From contig WVZL01000048.1 in NCBI GenBank assembly GCA_011772495.1, forward strand, positions 24,465-88,464: DNA of 64,000 bases, read 5' to 3'. The DNA is from Candidatus Aminicenantes bacterium (GTDB taxonomy: Bacteria; Acidobacteriota; Aminicenantia; Aminicenantales; Aminicenantaceae). A model generated the notes under the pieces. It had not been told where the DNA came from and did not search any database. It worked only from the letters and a program-made list of their open reading frames with translations. Below are positions 48,393-57,775 of the stretch, piece by piece. A program made the translations under genes and the position numbers. The number at the start of each line of letters is the position of its first letter. Position 1 is the stretch's first letter.

Positions 48393-49712
48393 TTATCCCC
48401 CTTTTTCTGGAGTAAACCTCATGATTAAATAATATAGGACCACAGAACATATGATTCCGTTGAAAGCAAAGATGGAAAAAGGAAACACCGGTATCCGAAA
48501 AGGATGGCCTGAAGTGAGCCAGCCGACAGCGACGGAAATAAAATAAGAAATCAAGGCTTTGGAGTTGAGCTGTTTTTGGACTTTGAGTCTTTCCCTTTTA
48601 AAGCTTCCCAGAAGATAGTAATCTGTCAAGAGTATTCCTCCGATCGGTCCAATGCTCACCGTGAGGAGAGTAAGAAAGAGTTCGAGCCGCTCGAGAATGC
48701 CAAGAGCGGCTAGCAGAGATGCGAAAAGGCCGGCTATGATTGTCAATTTCCATCTTTTCCAGCGGAAGATATTGTTTAAAGCCAGCGCAGCTGAATAGAT
48801 GTTGCTATCATTGGTGGTCCACTGGGCAAAAAGAAGAGCGAGAAAACCTATCAATCCAAAGCCGAGGAATTCTTTGGAGATGATGAGTTCGGGAAGTCTT
48901 TCATAGTAGACACCCGTTGACATCGACAACACAGATCCTACCACATGAAGAAAGGCCGAGACGCTCATCGCTATTGTGGCGGCCAGGATGATATCTCTGA
49001 ACCTGGGCTTAGCATAGCGAAAAATATCAGAGCTAGTGATGGCTCCAACAATGAAGCCGCCAGCCACAATGGAGGCTGAGGCCCCGATAGTCAGGGGATA
49101 GGGGTCCGGTGAGTGAGCCAGAGCCAATCCTCTGAGAATCTCAGGGGGGAGAAATTGAAACCCGATTTTCACGACGCCGATGATGAAGATTATCATCAGG
49201 AAGGGAGAGGCTATCCAGCTCAAGGTGCTCAAGCCTCTGATGCCAAAGATGGCTGGGATGGTCATCACCAGTCCGCAAAGAAGTGAAAGGTAGGGAAGAT
49301 AGAGGTTGAGGTCGAAAAAATATTGAATGGTTCGGGCAAACAGGGCGGCCTGCACCCCAAACCATCCCATAAGGGAGAGGGCGATAGAGATAGAAATAAT
49401 AAGGGAACCTGAACGACCAAAAGAGTGATTGGCGATGAGAGGAGTGGAGAACCCTGTTCTTGCTCCTATGAAGCCGGTCAAGACCATCATGGCGATAAGG
49501 AGAATTTCTCCCAACAGATAAGAGAGCAGGACGCTCGGGATCTTTCCCAGGCCCATGCCCACCATCATTCCTCGAAAAATGGCTGACATCACAACCGCAA
49601 TGCCAACCCAAACAACGGCCAGATTCACCCAGGAACGTCTTTTTTCGAGAGGGACAGCCTGGAGGGAAAAATCTTCGAGGATTTCGATGGATTTTTCTCT
49701 GGAGTTGGCCAT
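48393..49712 (-). CDS. NCS1/cytosine-permease-family transporter
   Basis: VPLEKRRSW, multiple TM segments, GWFGVQ, QWTTNDSNIYS. Confidence 0.85.
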   Translation of the reverse strand: MANSREKSIEILEDFSLQAVPLEKRRSWVNLAVVWVGIAVVMSAIFRGMMVGMGLGKIPSVLLSYLLGEILLIAMMVLTGFIGARTGFSTPLIANHSFGRSGSLIISISIALSLMGWFGVQAALFARTIQYFFDLNLYLPYLSLLCGLVMTIPAIFGIRGLSTLSWIASPFLMIIFIIGVVKIGFQFLPPEILRGLALAHSPDPYPLTIGASASIVAGGFIVGAITSSDIFRYAKPRFRDIILAATIAMSVSAFLHVVGSVLSMSTGVYYERLPELIISKEFLGFGLIGFLALLFAQWTTNDSNIYSAALALNNIFRWKRWKLTIIAGLFASLLAALGILERLELFLTLLTVSIGPIGGILLTDYYLLGSFKRERLKVQKQLNSKALISYFISVAVGWLTSGHPFRIPVFPFSIFAFNGIICSVVLYYLIMRFTPEKGG

Positions 49713-49794
49713 AATCCCTTATTGAATAGGTTTAGGCCTTTATAACATTAATAAATTATAGAACTTATAAAGACCTAGCCCTGCTGTGAATTGT

Positions 49795-51507
49795 TTATTC
49801 TGGTTCGATGGCGAGCGGCATTAAGGCCCAGACATTATTTCTTTCCAAGAGCTTGAGGAGAGAGATGGTTTTTTCGAGGTTTCGATGGGCGATGAGTTCG
49901 GTCTTGGCTCCCATTTTTCCGAAGAGGGACTGCCAGAAAGATACTCTCTTAGGCCAGATGACGAGTTTCACTTCTTCATCTACTGGAATGCCGGCCAATT
50001 CTTTAGCCAGGTCAATGGCCTTGGAGAGGCCTCCGATTTCATCCACCAGCCCTAAGTCTTTAGCTTGATTTCCGGTCCAGACTCTTCCCTTGCCGATTTT
50101 GTCGACCTCTTCCTTGGTCATATCCCGACCGCTAGCGACTTTAGCCAGGAATTGATCGTAGATCCACAGAATCTCTTTTTTAATGAGTTTTCTTTCTTCA
50201 GGAGTGAGGCTACGGAAAGAGGAATAAATATCAGCTTTTTCTCCATAGGTGAGCTTTTCATAGGTTATACCCAATTTTTTGTAGAAAGCGGCCATGTTGA
50301 ATTTTCCGAATATCACTCCTATCGACCCTGTTAGCGTCTGGGATTGGGCTACGATTTTGTTGGCGGCCATTGATATCCAGTATCCTCCTGAACCAGCCAC
50401 ATCGGACATGGAAACTACGAAAGGTTTTTCTTTCTTAGTCATGACCACCTCTTTCCAGATGACATCAGAGCCCACGGCTGAACCCCCGGGGCTGTCCACT
50501 CGGAAGACTACAGCATCGATGGATTTATTCTCCCTCGCCTTTTTGATCCAACGGGCTACGGTTTCAGAGCCTATGGTCTGGTAATAGCTGCTCCCGGTAT
50601 GGATAGGCCCCATCCCATAGATGAGGGCAATCCTCTTTCCTCGGTCGAGACCAAGAGAAGAGGGTTTAATCTTTGAGTACAGCGGAAGGGCGATTTTGTT
50701 TATTTTTTTCTTTTCTCCTTTAAGGAGCTCCTCCACCTCGTCCAGGTAAAGGAGGTCGTCAACCAATCCTGCCTTTAATGCTTCTTCTCCGTGAAAAAAG
50801 CCATGGTCCAGCAGCTTCTTGACGTCTTCTTCGCTTTTCCCTCTTGTCTGAGCCACTGTTTTTACATAATGGGAGAAGAAATCTCCGTATATGGATTCCA
50901 TCATCTCTTTTTCGGCTTTGGTAAAGCCTTCTTCGGTGAACATGTTGAAGGCGGTCTTGTATTCCTCGACGTGCTCAGATTCGGCCTCAATACCGAGCTT
51001 GGCCAGAGCTTTCTTCAAATAGGGATGGTATCCTCCGATCCCGTTTATGTTCAGGTTGCCAACAGGGTGGAGGATGATTTGGTCGCAGGCTGTAGCTAGA
51101 TAGTATTCTTTATCCGGTTCGGGTATCTCTTCGATGTAAGCATAGGCTTTCTTCCCTGATTTGCGAAAATCGAGGATGGCTTCCCTGAGTTCGCTTATCT
51201 TGCCCCAGCCGCATTCAAGATAGGCGAGGCGGATGAGAAGACTGTCTATGCGCCGGTCGACTTTGGCTTTCCGGATATTCATCAGGAGATTATGGACTCC
51301 TAACGGTTGCCTTCCCAGGAAGAGACTCATGAAGAAATCTGGAACAGACCGATCCAGGATTTCTCCTGAAAGATTGATTTCCAGGTATGAATCTGTCTTC
51401 ACTGAGGGGGGTCTTCTGAACTCATAGTAAACAAAGGAGAATATAGCCGCGAGAAACAGAACGACAAAAATCAAAATTATGATCAATATATATTTTCCTC
51501 TTTTCAT
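49795..51507 (-). CDS. sppA: Signal peptide peptidase SppA (long, two-domain type)
   Basis: YYLATACD, EEYKTA, RVDSPGGSA, AGSGGYWI, TLTGSIGV, GKGRVWTG. Confidence 0.92.
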   Translation of the reverse strand: MKRGKYILIIILIFVVLFLAAIFSFVYYEFRRPPSVKTDSYLEINLSGEILDRSVPDFFMSLFLGRQPLGVHNLLMNIRKAKVDRRIDSLLIRLAYLECGWGKISELREAILDFRKSGKKAYAYIEEIPEPDKEYYLATACDQIILHPVGNLNINGIGGYHPYLKKALAKLGIEAESEHVEEYKTAFNMFTEEGFTKAEKEMMESIYGDFFSHYVKTVAQTRGKSEEDVKKLLDHGFFHGEEALKAGLVDDLLYLDEVEELLKGEKKKINKIALPLYSKIKPSSLGLDRGKRIALIYGMGPIHTGSSYYQTIGSETVARWIKKARENKSIDAVVFRVDSPGGSAVGSDVIWKEVVMTKKEKPFVVSMSDVAGSGGYWISMAANKIVAQSQTLTGSIGVIFGKFNMAAFYKKLGITYEKLTYGEKADIYSSFRSLTPEERKLIKKEILWIYDQFLAKVASGRDMTKEEVDKIGKGRVWTGNQAKDLGLVDEIGGLSKAIDLAKELAGIPVDEEVKLVIWPKRVSFWQSLFGKMGAKTELIAHRNLEKTISLLKLLERNNVWALMPLAIEPE

Positions 51508-51621
51508 TTCTCCTCCTCAAAAAATTTGAATGATTGCCTTTCTTATCATCATGGAGTGCCGAGGTTTATTCTGTCGAAAATAGTACGAGTTTTGATTCAT
51601 GGGCTAGCAATACTTTATATT

Positions 51622-51647
51622 TACGATTTTCTCCAGAGAAAGTTTAT
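51622..51647 (-). promoter_or_regulatory. Putative ECF-sigma promoter upstream of sppA
   Basis: Minus strand ATAAAC-N16-CGTA, about 115 nt upstream of the sppA start. Confidence 0.45.
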
Positions 51648-51708
51648 TTAGGTAATATAGCAAATTGGCCAAAAAAATCATAGAGCGCCGTGAACATCCA
51701 AAAGAAAA

Positions 51709-51780
51709 GGGGTCAGGTCTTAACTTTCAATATTTAATAAATGCACCCCGTTAGAATGCCGAAAGTTAAGACCTGACCCC
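51709..51780. repeat. REP/MITE-like element: 20-bp perfect inverted repeats GGGGTCAGGTCTTAACTTTC, 32-nt spacer
   Basis: Arms at 51709-51728 and 51761-51780. Confidence 0.9.
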
Positions 51781-51891
51781 AAAAATGATCCCAAAAAAAA
51801 GGACCATTCCCTAAAAAAAAAGCCCGAGATTAGGTATAATTGAAACCCACTTGGATAATTTGAAGAAAGAGATTGCTCTAGAGGGAGACCT

Positions 51892-51917
51892 AATAACCAA
51901 GGGGCAAGAATTACGTA
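51892..51917 (+). promoter_or_regulatory. Putative ECF-sigma promoter upstream of the ABC-2 transporter
   Basis: AATAAC-N16-CGTA, about 95 nt upstream of ATG 52013. Confidence 0.45.
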
Positions 51918-52012
51918 ATATATAATAAATAAATGTATACATTATGAGACTGACAATCTCACCAGAGGTTAGTTCGTGAGATAAATCGAAGCCACTGAAT
52001 AAAGGATTAAAG

Positions 52013-52933
52013 ATGAACGCTCTCGAAATAGAAAGCATCTCCAAGAGGTTCGACAGCTTTTATGCTGTTAAAAGTCTCTCTTTCCTGATCCCACAGGGAA
52101 CAGTCTACGGCCTGCTGGGGCCTAATGGAGCAGGCAAGACAACCACCATCCGGATGATCATGAACATCATTATCCCTGATGAAGGGAACATCAAGGTCCT
52201 CGACCAAAGTATGGATGAAGAGATGAAGAGCAGGATCGGCTACCTTCCCGAGGACCGGGGACTTTATCCTAAGATGAAAGTGGGCGAACTACTCCTTTTT
52301 CTGGCTGGAATAAAAGGACTAAAGGGTGAAAAGGCCAAACAGGAAATCGAATTCTGGCTGGAAAGGTTTGACCTTATTGATTGGAAAGAAAAAAAGGTGG
52401 AAGAACTCTCCAGGGGAATGCAGCAGAAAATTCAGTTTATCGTGACTGTTGTCCATCAGCCTGAACTTTTTATCCTCGATGAGCCTTTTGCAGGCCTCGA
52501 TCCTGTTAACACCAAATTGTTGAAAGACATCATGCTGGAAATGAAAGAAAAAGGCCGGACCATCATCTTTTCTACCCACCGCATGGAACAGGTCGAAATG
52601 ATCTGTGACAATATCTGTCTGATTAACAAAGCAGAAAAAGTTTTAGAAGGAAATTTGAGCCAGATCAAAAAGCAGCATGGAAAGAACACTGTGCTCTTGG
52701 AGTATGAAGGACAGGCCAGCTTTATCAAAAGTATTCCTGGCATTGAAAAAATTGATGATTACGGGAAATTCATGGAAATCAAGCTTAAAGAGAAAGCAGA
52801 TCCCCAGCATTTGCTCTCAGAGCTAGTAGGAAGAATTAAGATCAATAAATATGAAATCAGAGAACCGACCTTGAATGCCATTTTTATCGAAAAAGTTGGA
52901 GAGAACGATGGGAAAGATCTTAGCAGTCATTAA
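52013..52933 (+). CDS. ABC-2 type transporter ATP-binding subunit (NatA/YhaQ-like)
   Basis: GPNGAGKTT, GYLPEDRGLYP, LSRGMQQK, LDEPF, FSTH; DUF4162-like C-terminus. Confidence 0.92.
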   Translation: MNALEIESISKRFDSFYAVKSLSFLIPQGTVYGLLGPNGAGKTTTIRMIMNIIIPDEGNIKVLDQSMDEEMKSRIGYLPEDRGLYPKMKVGELLLFLAGIKGLKGEKAKQEIEFWLERFDLIDWKEKKVEELSRGMQQKIQFIVTVVHQPELFILDEPFAGLDPVNTKLLKDIMLEMKEKGRTIIFSTHRMEQVEMICDNICLINKAEKVLEGNLSQIKKQHGKNTVLLEYEGQASFIKSIPGIEKIDDYGKFMEIKLKEKADPQHLLSELVGRIKINKYEIREPTLNAIFIEKVGENDGKDLSSH

Positions 52934-54182
52934 AAGAGAATACCTGCAAGTCGTAAGAACCAAAGGATTTATTATCGGCACTCTTCTTGGCCCCATACTC
53001 ATGGCCTTGATAATCATGATTCCTATTCTCTCCTCTCTGATTGCCGTGCCCGAACAAGAAACAATAGGCGTGGTTGATTCTACACAAGACATCTACCAGG
53101 AGTTGGATAAGAAGCTGGATTTTAAAATGAAAGACGGGAGACGCCGCTATCTCTTAAAAGAATTCGAAGCTCAAGCGAGGGTCGATGACCTCCGGAATGC
53201 TTTGCGTCAAAAAGTACTGGACAAGGAGCTTTCCGCTTTTCTTTTTATTCCAGAAAATGTTGGCAGCGGCGGGAAAGCCGAATATGTTTCCGAGCATGTT
53301 TCTGATTTCAGTGAAATAAGAAGTATCCAGGAAGCCTTGAGCGGTGTTGTCATCGGCAAAAGGTTAAAGAAAGAAGGCCTGGAGCCGCAAAAAATTGCTC
53401 AGTATATCGAGCGCGTTGACTTGAAGACGATAAAGTTGACCAAAAAGGGCGAAGAAGAGGAGGATACGGGCGGAACATTCCTGATTTCCTATCTTCTGGT
53501 GTTAATCCTCTACATGACTCTGTTTTTCTACGGCGCCATCATCATGAGGAGTGTTATAGAAGAGAAGAATTCAAGAGTCGTAGAAGTCATTCTTTCCTCC
53601 CTGAGGCCTTTTCAGCTCATGATAGGAAAGATTTTTGGTGTGGCGGCAGTGGGCTTTACGCAGTATTCTATCTGGGCCCTTTTTGGGCTGGCTGCTTCTC
53701 GATACAGCAAGCCCTTAATTTCTTCTTTTGTTCCGGCCGCAGAGTTCACTCTGCCCAGTATTCCGGCCTATATCTTTGTCTATTTTGTCGTTTTTTTCAT
53801 TCTCGGCTATTTCCTCTACGGAACCATTTATGCAGCGGTTGGCTCCCTGGTGAATTCTGAAAAAGAAGCCCAACAGCTTCTCATGCCTGTTTCCTTGTCT
53901 TTGGTTGTGCCGATGCTCATGATGGCTTTTATCCTCCGCAGTCCGAGCAGTTCCTTTTCAGTCATTCTGTCTTTGATTCCCTTTTTTGCTCCGGTTTTAA
54001 TGCTCATGCGCATTTGTATACTCCTCCCTCCTTTCCTCCAGATAGCAGGCTCTGTAGTCTTGCTGAGCTTGACCATCTTGTTTATGATTTGGCTGACCAG
54101 TAAGATTTATCGGGTAGGAATTTTGATGTACGGAAAGCGGCCCAATATCAAAGAAGTCGTGAGATGGATGAGATATAAATAA
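52908..54182 (+). CDS. ABC-2 type transporter permease (NatB/YhaP-like)
   Basis: Start at ATG 52908 (MGKILAVIKREY); VIEEKNSRVVEVILSS, GKIFG, YRVGILMYGK. Confidence 0.9.
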   Translation: MGKILAVIKREYLQVVRTKGFIIGTLLGPILMALIIMIPILSSLIAVPEQETIGVVDSTQDIYQELDKKLDFKMKDGRRRYLLKEFEAQARVDDLRNALRQKVLDKELSAFLFIPENVGSGGKAEYVSEHVSDFSEIRSIQEALSGVVIGKRLKKEGLEPQKIAQYIERVDLKTIKLTKKGEEEEDTGGTFLISYLLVLILYMTLFFYGAIIMRSVIEEKNSRVVEVILSSLRPFQLMIGKIFGVAAVGFTQYSIWALFGLAASRYSKPLISSFVPAAEFTLPSIPAYIFVYFVVFFILGYFLYGTIYAAVGSLVNSEKEAQQLLMPVSLSLVVPMLMMAFILRSPSSSFSVILSLIPFFAPVLMLMRICILLPPFLQIAGSVVLLSLTILFMIWLTSKIYRVGILMYGKRPNIKEVVRWMRYK

Positions 54183-54288
54183 TCTCAGAGCCTTTGAAAC
54201 TACGCTTCAACTCTTTCCTTATCCATTAGCTATCACGGAAAAACAGGTGCTTATATTGATTATTATTATATATTTATTATGATAAGGG

Positions 54289-54314
54289 TGAACCTTTTTA
54301 AGAATTCCTTCGTA
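54289..54314 (+). promoter_or_regulatory. Putative ECF-sigma (sigmaW-like) autoregulatory promoter
   Basis: TGAACC-N16-CGTA, 32 nt before the first gene of the ECF cluster. Confidence 0.55.
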
Positions 54315-54346
54315 GGAATCTTTGAAGATGGGTTTTAGAGGTCAAA

Positions 54347-54766
54347 ATGATGAAGTTCAAGACCAAGATTAAAATCTTGGGAATCGCATTATTGCCTTTG
54401 TTATTGAGCTCCTGCTTTCTGGTTAAGATAAAGAGAGGTGTGGATGACCCGAGTCGGTATTTCCGAAGCGCCTATCGCCAGATTGATAGGATCCATCATG
54501 TTGATCCTGACAGGGAGGGACGTCCGAGGCGGTTGCATGTCTTGGTTTACGATGATTCTTCGCGGGAATTGATCAGGATCACAACCGCTCTTTGGTTTGT
54601 GGAATGGTGCCTCGATATAGGAGCGAAACATGCCGAATGGAATGGCGAATTTGAGGAAGAGTTTGAGTTCGATTGGCGGGCCATCAAGGACTTTCGCCAG
54701 CTGGGTCCTGGACTTTTGGTCGAAGTTGAGGCCGAGGAAGAGAAAGTGCTGATTTGGCTTCAGTAA
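54347..54766 (+). CDS. Putative lipoprotein, first gene of the ECF cluster
   Basis: LLLSSC lipobox; C-terminal ...LGPGLLVEVEAEEEKVLIWLQ domain shared with two downstream genes. Confidence 0.65.
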   Translation: MMKFKTKIKILGIALLPLLLSSCFLVKIKRGVDDPSRYFRSAYRQIDRIHHVDPDREGRPRRLHVLVYDDSSRELIRITTALWFVEWCLDIGAKHAEWNGEFEEEFEFDWRAIKDFRQLGPGLLVEVEAEEEKVLIWLQ

Positions 54767-54808
54767 GATAATACAATGAGTTAACCTTTCAGATTAGGTC
54801 ATAAGAGA

Positions 54809-55390
54809 ATGCAAGGGAGGACAAGCGAGGAGAAGGGAGATGTCTTTACTCTGCTGGAAAGGATCAAGAACGATGACCGAGAAGCTTTCAGGGAACTGGT
54901 CAGTTTATACCAGAAAAGAATTTTCCTGCTGGCCTTTTCCTTCTTCCATAACCGGGAAGACGCAATGGATATTGTCCAGGAGACCTTTATGAGGCTTCAC
55001 CAGAAGATTCATACCTTCCGTGAAGGAGAGAATTTTAAGAGCTGGATCTTCCAGGTGGCTAAAAATTTATGCATAGACCATTACCGAAAGAATCACAGCA
55101 AAAGGAAGGAGTGGGGAGGCGAGCAGAACCTAGAAGAAATGAATTTGCCTTCTGAGAACAGTGATAATTCGCATCAGTCGTTGGATTTGAAGATGATCTT
55201 TTCACGTTGCCTGGAAAAATTGGCTGAGAGGCAGAGGATGGTGTTCGTTTTGAAACATTATAACCAGCTCAAATACAGGGAGATTGCAGAAGTCTTGAAT
55301 ATCTCGCCTGGAACCGTGAAATCCCTGCATTTTAAAGCCGTCCAAAATTTAAGGGGTTTCATCAGTCCTTATTTAGGGAGAGTCCAATGA
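54809..55390 (+). CDS. ECF RNA polymerase sigma factor
   Basis: Region 2 (AMDIVQETFMRLH, FKSWIFQVAKNLCIDHYRK) and region 4 (LKYREIAEVLNISPGTVKS). Confidence 0.93.
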   Translation: MQGRTSEEKGDVFTLLERIKNDDREAFRELVSLYQKRIFLLAFSFFHNREDAMDIVQETFMRLHQKIHTFREGENFKSWIFQVAKNLCIDHYRKNHSKRKEWGGEQNLEEMNLPSENSDNSHQSLDLKMIFSRCLEKLAERQRMVFVLKHYNQLKYREIAEVLNISPGTVKSLHFKAVQNLRGFISPYLGRVQ

Positions 55391-56202
55391 AAGAATGCAA
55401 GAAAATAAACAAGGATCTGGTAGCTTTCCTCTACGGGGAGCTTCTGGGTGAAAGACAGCAATTCGTCTCCTCGCACCTCGAAGAGTGTTCATCTTGCCAG
55501 CGAGAGATAGACAAACTAAAAGAAGTACATGCTGGAGCAGACTCTCTGAATGAGGATATAAAGGCAGTCATGGCCTCGGTGGATTGGGAGACTCTTCCAG
55601 CTCAGATCACAGATACTGTCTTCGGAAAGGAAGTTCAAGAGACGAAGGAATCATGGGTGCTTGGTATTTCGAGGATTCTCTTCCAGCCAAAGCTAAGGCC
55701 TGTTTACGCGGCTTTGCTGGTGGGAGTTTTCCTGGGCGCTCTGTTTACCTACATCCTTATTCGTCCTCCTCTCCAGAGACAGGATAGGGAGAGTCTCATT
55801 TCTTATCCTCCGGGTTTCATAGAGAAAGTAGAGTTGGAAATGGCCAGGCGTGAAACCCTGGATTATCTCAAGAAGAGCCAGTACTTGATCCTGGATTTTG
55901 TCCAGACTTCCACGGAAGCAGAGACAAGCACCTGGCAGCGGGATTTTGCTTCCCAGAAAGTCAAAGAGCTGCTGTCCAAGAAAAAATACATCAATCAACA
56001 ATTGGACAAATTCAAGATGGCCAAGGCCAAAGAAATCTGCAACCAGATCGAATTCCTTATCTACGAACTGGCTCAGTTGAGTGACGAGATTCCTGCTTGG
56101 CGTCTCCAAGAAATCCATGATTTTATCGAAGAAAAACAACTTTTATTGAAGATAAAACTATTAGAGAAAGAATTGAAACAAAGCGAAAAAAGCGAGGTTT
56201 AA
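55387..56202 (+). CDS. Zinc-binding anti-sigma factor (zf-HC2, TM)
   Basis: HLEECSSC HxxxCxxC motif, central TM helix, ATGA overlap with the sigma gene. Confidence 0.85.
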   Translation: MKECKKINKDLVAFLYGELLGERQQFVSSHLEECSSCQREIDKLKEVHAGADSLNEDIKAVMASVDWETLPAQITDTVFGKEVQETKESWVLGISRILFQPKLRPVYAALLVGVFLGALFTYILIRPPLQRQDRESLISYPPGFIEKVELEMARRETLDYLKKSQYLILDFVQTSTEAETSTWQRDFASQKVKELLSKKKYINQQLDKFKMAKAKEICNQIEFLIYELAQLSDEIPAWRLQEIHDFIEEKQLLLKIKLLEKELKQSEKSEV

Positions 56203-56203
56203 A

Positions 56204-57046
56204 GTGAGAAAGAAGGCTATTTATCTAATATTTTTTCTGTTCTCATCCTCTTTCCTTATCTCTTCCAGCCAGACCCATCCAGATGAAATATTGTTCCAAT
56301 CGGCCAAGGTTCTCATTTTTGATGAAAAGTGGGAAGAAGCTCAGGAGAAATTAGAAGAACTCATCGAGAACTATCCTGACAGTCAATTTTATTCACAGGC
56401 TCATTTCTACAGAGCTAAATGTTTATCAGAGCAGAAAGGACGAGAGGCTGCAGCTTTAAAGGCGTACAAGAGCTTTCTGAAGCAGAAGGACAAGAACAAA
56501 AGCTTGATCGAAGAATCTGAGATTTCTATCATGCAGTTGGCGTATGGGCTCTACGAGAGAGGGAGAAAGTCCTACTTGCTGGAAATAGAAGAAAGAATCG
56601 ATAGTCCGAGCAAAGTCATTAGATATTTTGCCGCCATAAAATTGAGCTTTGTCAATAACAAGAGAATAGCTTCCAAAGGAATCCCTGTCCTGAAGCAGAT
56701 CATAAGAAAAGAAAAGGATGCTGAGCTCAAAGATAGAGCAAAGATTGCTTTGCTCCGAATTGATCCAGACGCCCTGAAAGACCTCGAAGATGAAGACTAC
56801 GAAGAAAGAATGCTGATACTTAAATTGAGAGTTTATTCAAAGGGCGAAAAGGAACCGGAATTTTCGCTGAATATTCCCTGGGCCTTGGCGGATTTGGCTC
56901 TCTTAGCCCTATCCGAGGAAGATAAGGAAAATTTGATAGAAGAGGGATATGATTTGGATGAAATTATAGATAGGTTGCTAAAGGAGCGGGGGGAAATCAT
57001 TCGAGTTGTCACTAAAACAAAAATTTTTAAAATTTGGATAGATTAA
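56204..57046 (+). CDS. Exported TPR/HEAT-like repeat protein
   Basis: Signal peptide; LIENYPDSQFYSQAHFYRA TPR-like segment; C-terminal ...IFKIWID domain. Confidence 0.65.
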   Translation: MRKKAIYLIFFLFSSSFLISSSQTHPDEILFQSAKVLIFDEKWEEAQEKLEELIENYPDSQFYSQAHFYRAKCLSEQKGREAAALKAYKSFLKQKDKNKSLIEESEISIMQLAYGLYERGRKSYLLEIEERIDSPSKVIRYFAAIKLSFVNNKRIASKGIPVLKQIIRKEKDAELKDRAKIALLRIDPDALKDLEDEDYEERMLILKLRVYSKGEKEPEFSLNIPWALADLALLALSEEDKENLIEEGYDLDEIIDRLLKERGEIIRVVTKTKIFKIWID

Positions 57047-57058
57047 GGAGGTAGATCC

Positions 57059-57445
57059 ATGAAAAAAGCTGCCATACTGGTTTTAATCTTGTTTGCCTTG
57101 AGTATGATTCTCATAAGTTTTCTCCTGGCTGGAGACAGTGATGATTACCAAGTCGTCAAGAAAGCAGTCAAAGAGAATCCTAACTACAAACCTGGAAAAG
57201 AAGCGAAGTGGTTTAAGGTGCTGGTAGCTGATAGCAAGACCAATAAAGTGCGAGTGAAAGTCACTTTGCCGATTTCAGTTATCGAGATCTTTCTTGAATG
57301 CGCCGGTGACAAGCATCTGAAGATCGATCATGACGATTGTGAAATCGACCTTAAGGAGGTTTTCAAGGAACTGAAGGAACTCGGCCCCATGGCTTTGATC
57401 GAAGTCCAAGAGGATGATGAGATAGTAAAGATTTGGCTCGAGTAA
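57059..57445 (+). CDS. Exported hypothetical protein, paralogous domain to 54347-54766
   Basis: Signal peptide; VKVTLPISVI...LKELGPMALIEVQEDDEIVKIWLE. Confidence 0.65.
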   Translation: MKKAAILVLILFALSMILISFLLAGDSDDYQVVKKAVKENPNYKPGKEAKWFKVLVADSKTNKVRVKVTLPISVIEIFLECAGDKHLKIDHDDCEIDLKEVFKELKELGPMALIEVQEDDEIVKIWLE

Positions 57446-57480
57446 GATAAGATTCAGCCAGGTATTCGGACTCTATTTCA

Positions 57481-57521
57481 AAAGGGAAACGGAGAGAGAA
57501 ACTCCATTTCCCTTTCTTTTT
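57481..57521 (+). terminator. Intrinsic terminator of the ECF cluster
   Basis: aaagggaaacggag-agagaaa-ctccatttcccttt hairpin followed by ctttttatt. Confidence 0.7.
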
Positions 57522-57605
57522 ATTCAATCGTTTCTCTTAGGGGAGTCTGCAGAAAAGATTTTTTTTAAAAAATTCTTACAAATCCTATTTATTTTATATA
57601 AAATG

Positions 57606-57614
57606 TGGTACAAT
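57606..57614 (+). promoter_or_regulatory. Extended -10 element of RNA unit 1
   Basis: TGgTACAAT after an AT-rich tract homologous to that of unit 2. Confidence 0.55.
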
Positions 57615-57630
57615 AATGATAACGCCTGCT

Positions 57631-57708
57631 GTGCTGGCTGGGCAGGGTTTGACCCTACAATGAACATTCCATAACCCCTTTTGCTTATTTTCCCAAAACA
57701 GCCAGCGC
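57631..57708 (+). ncRNA. Candidate sibling small RNA, unit 1
   Basis: GTGCTGGCTG pairs with CAGCCAGCGC; invariant GCTGGCTGGGCA and CCCTTTTGCTTATTTTCCC blocks. Confidence 0.55.
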
Positions 57709-57775
57709 TTTCCTTCCTTCACTTTTTTCTAGGAATGACGTCTCTTTTAGGGAGTTTTTTTATGAAAGGGAGGGA

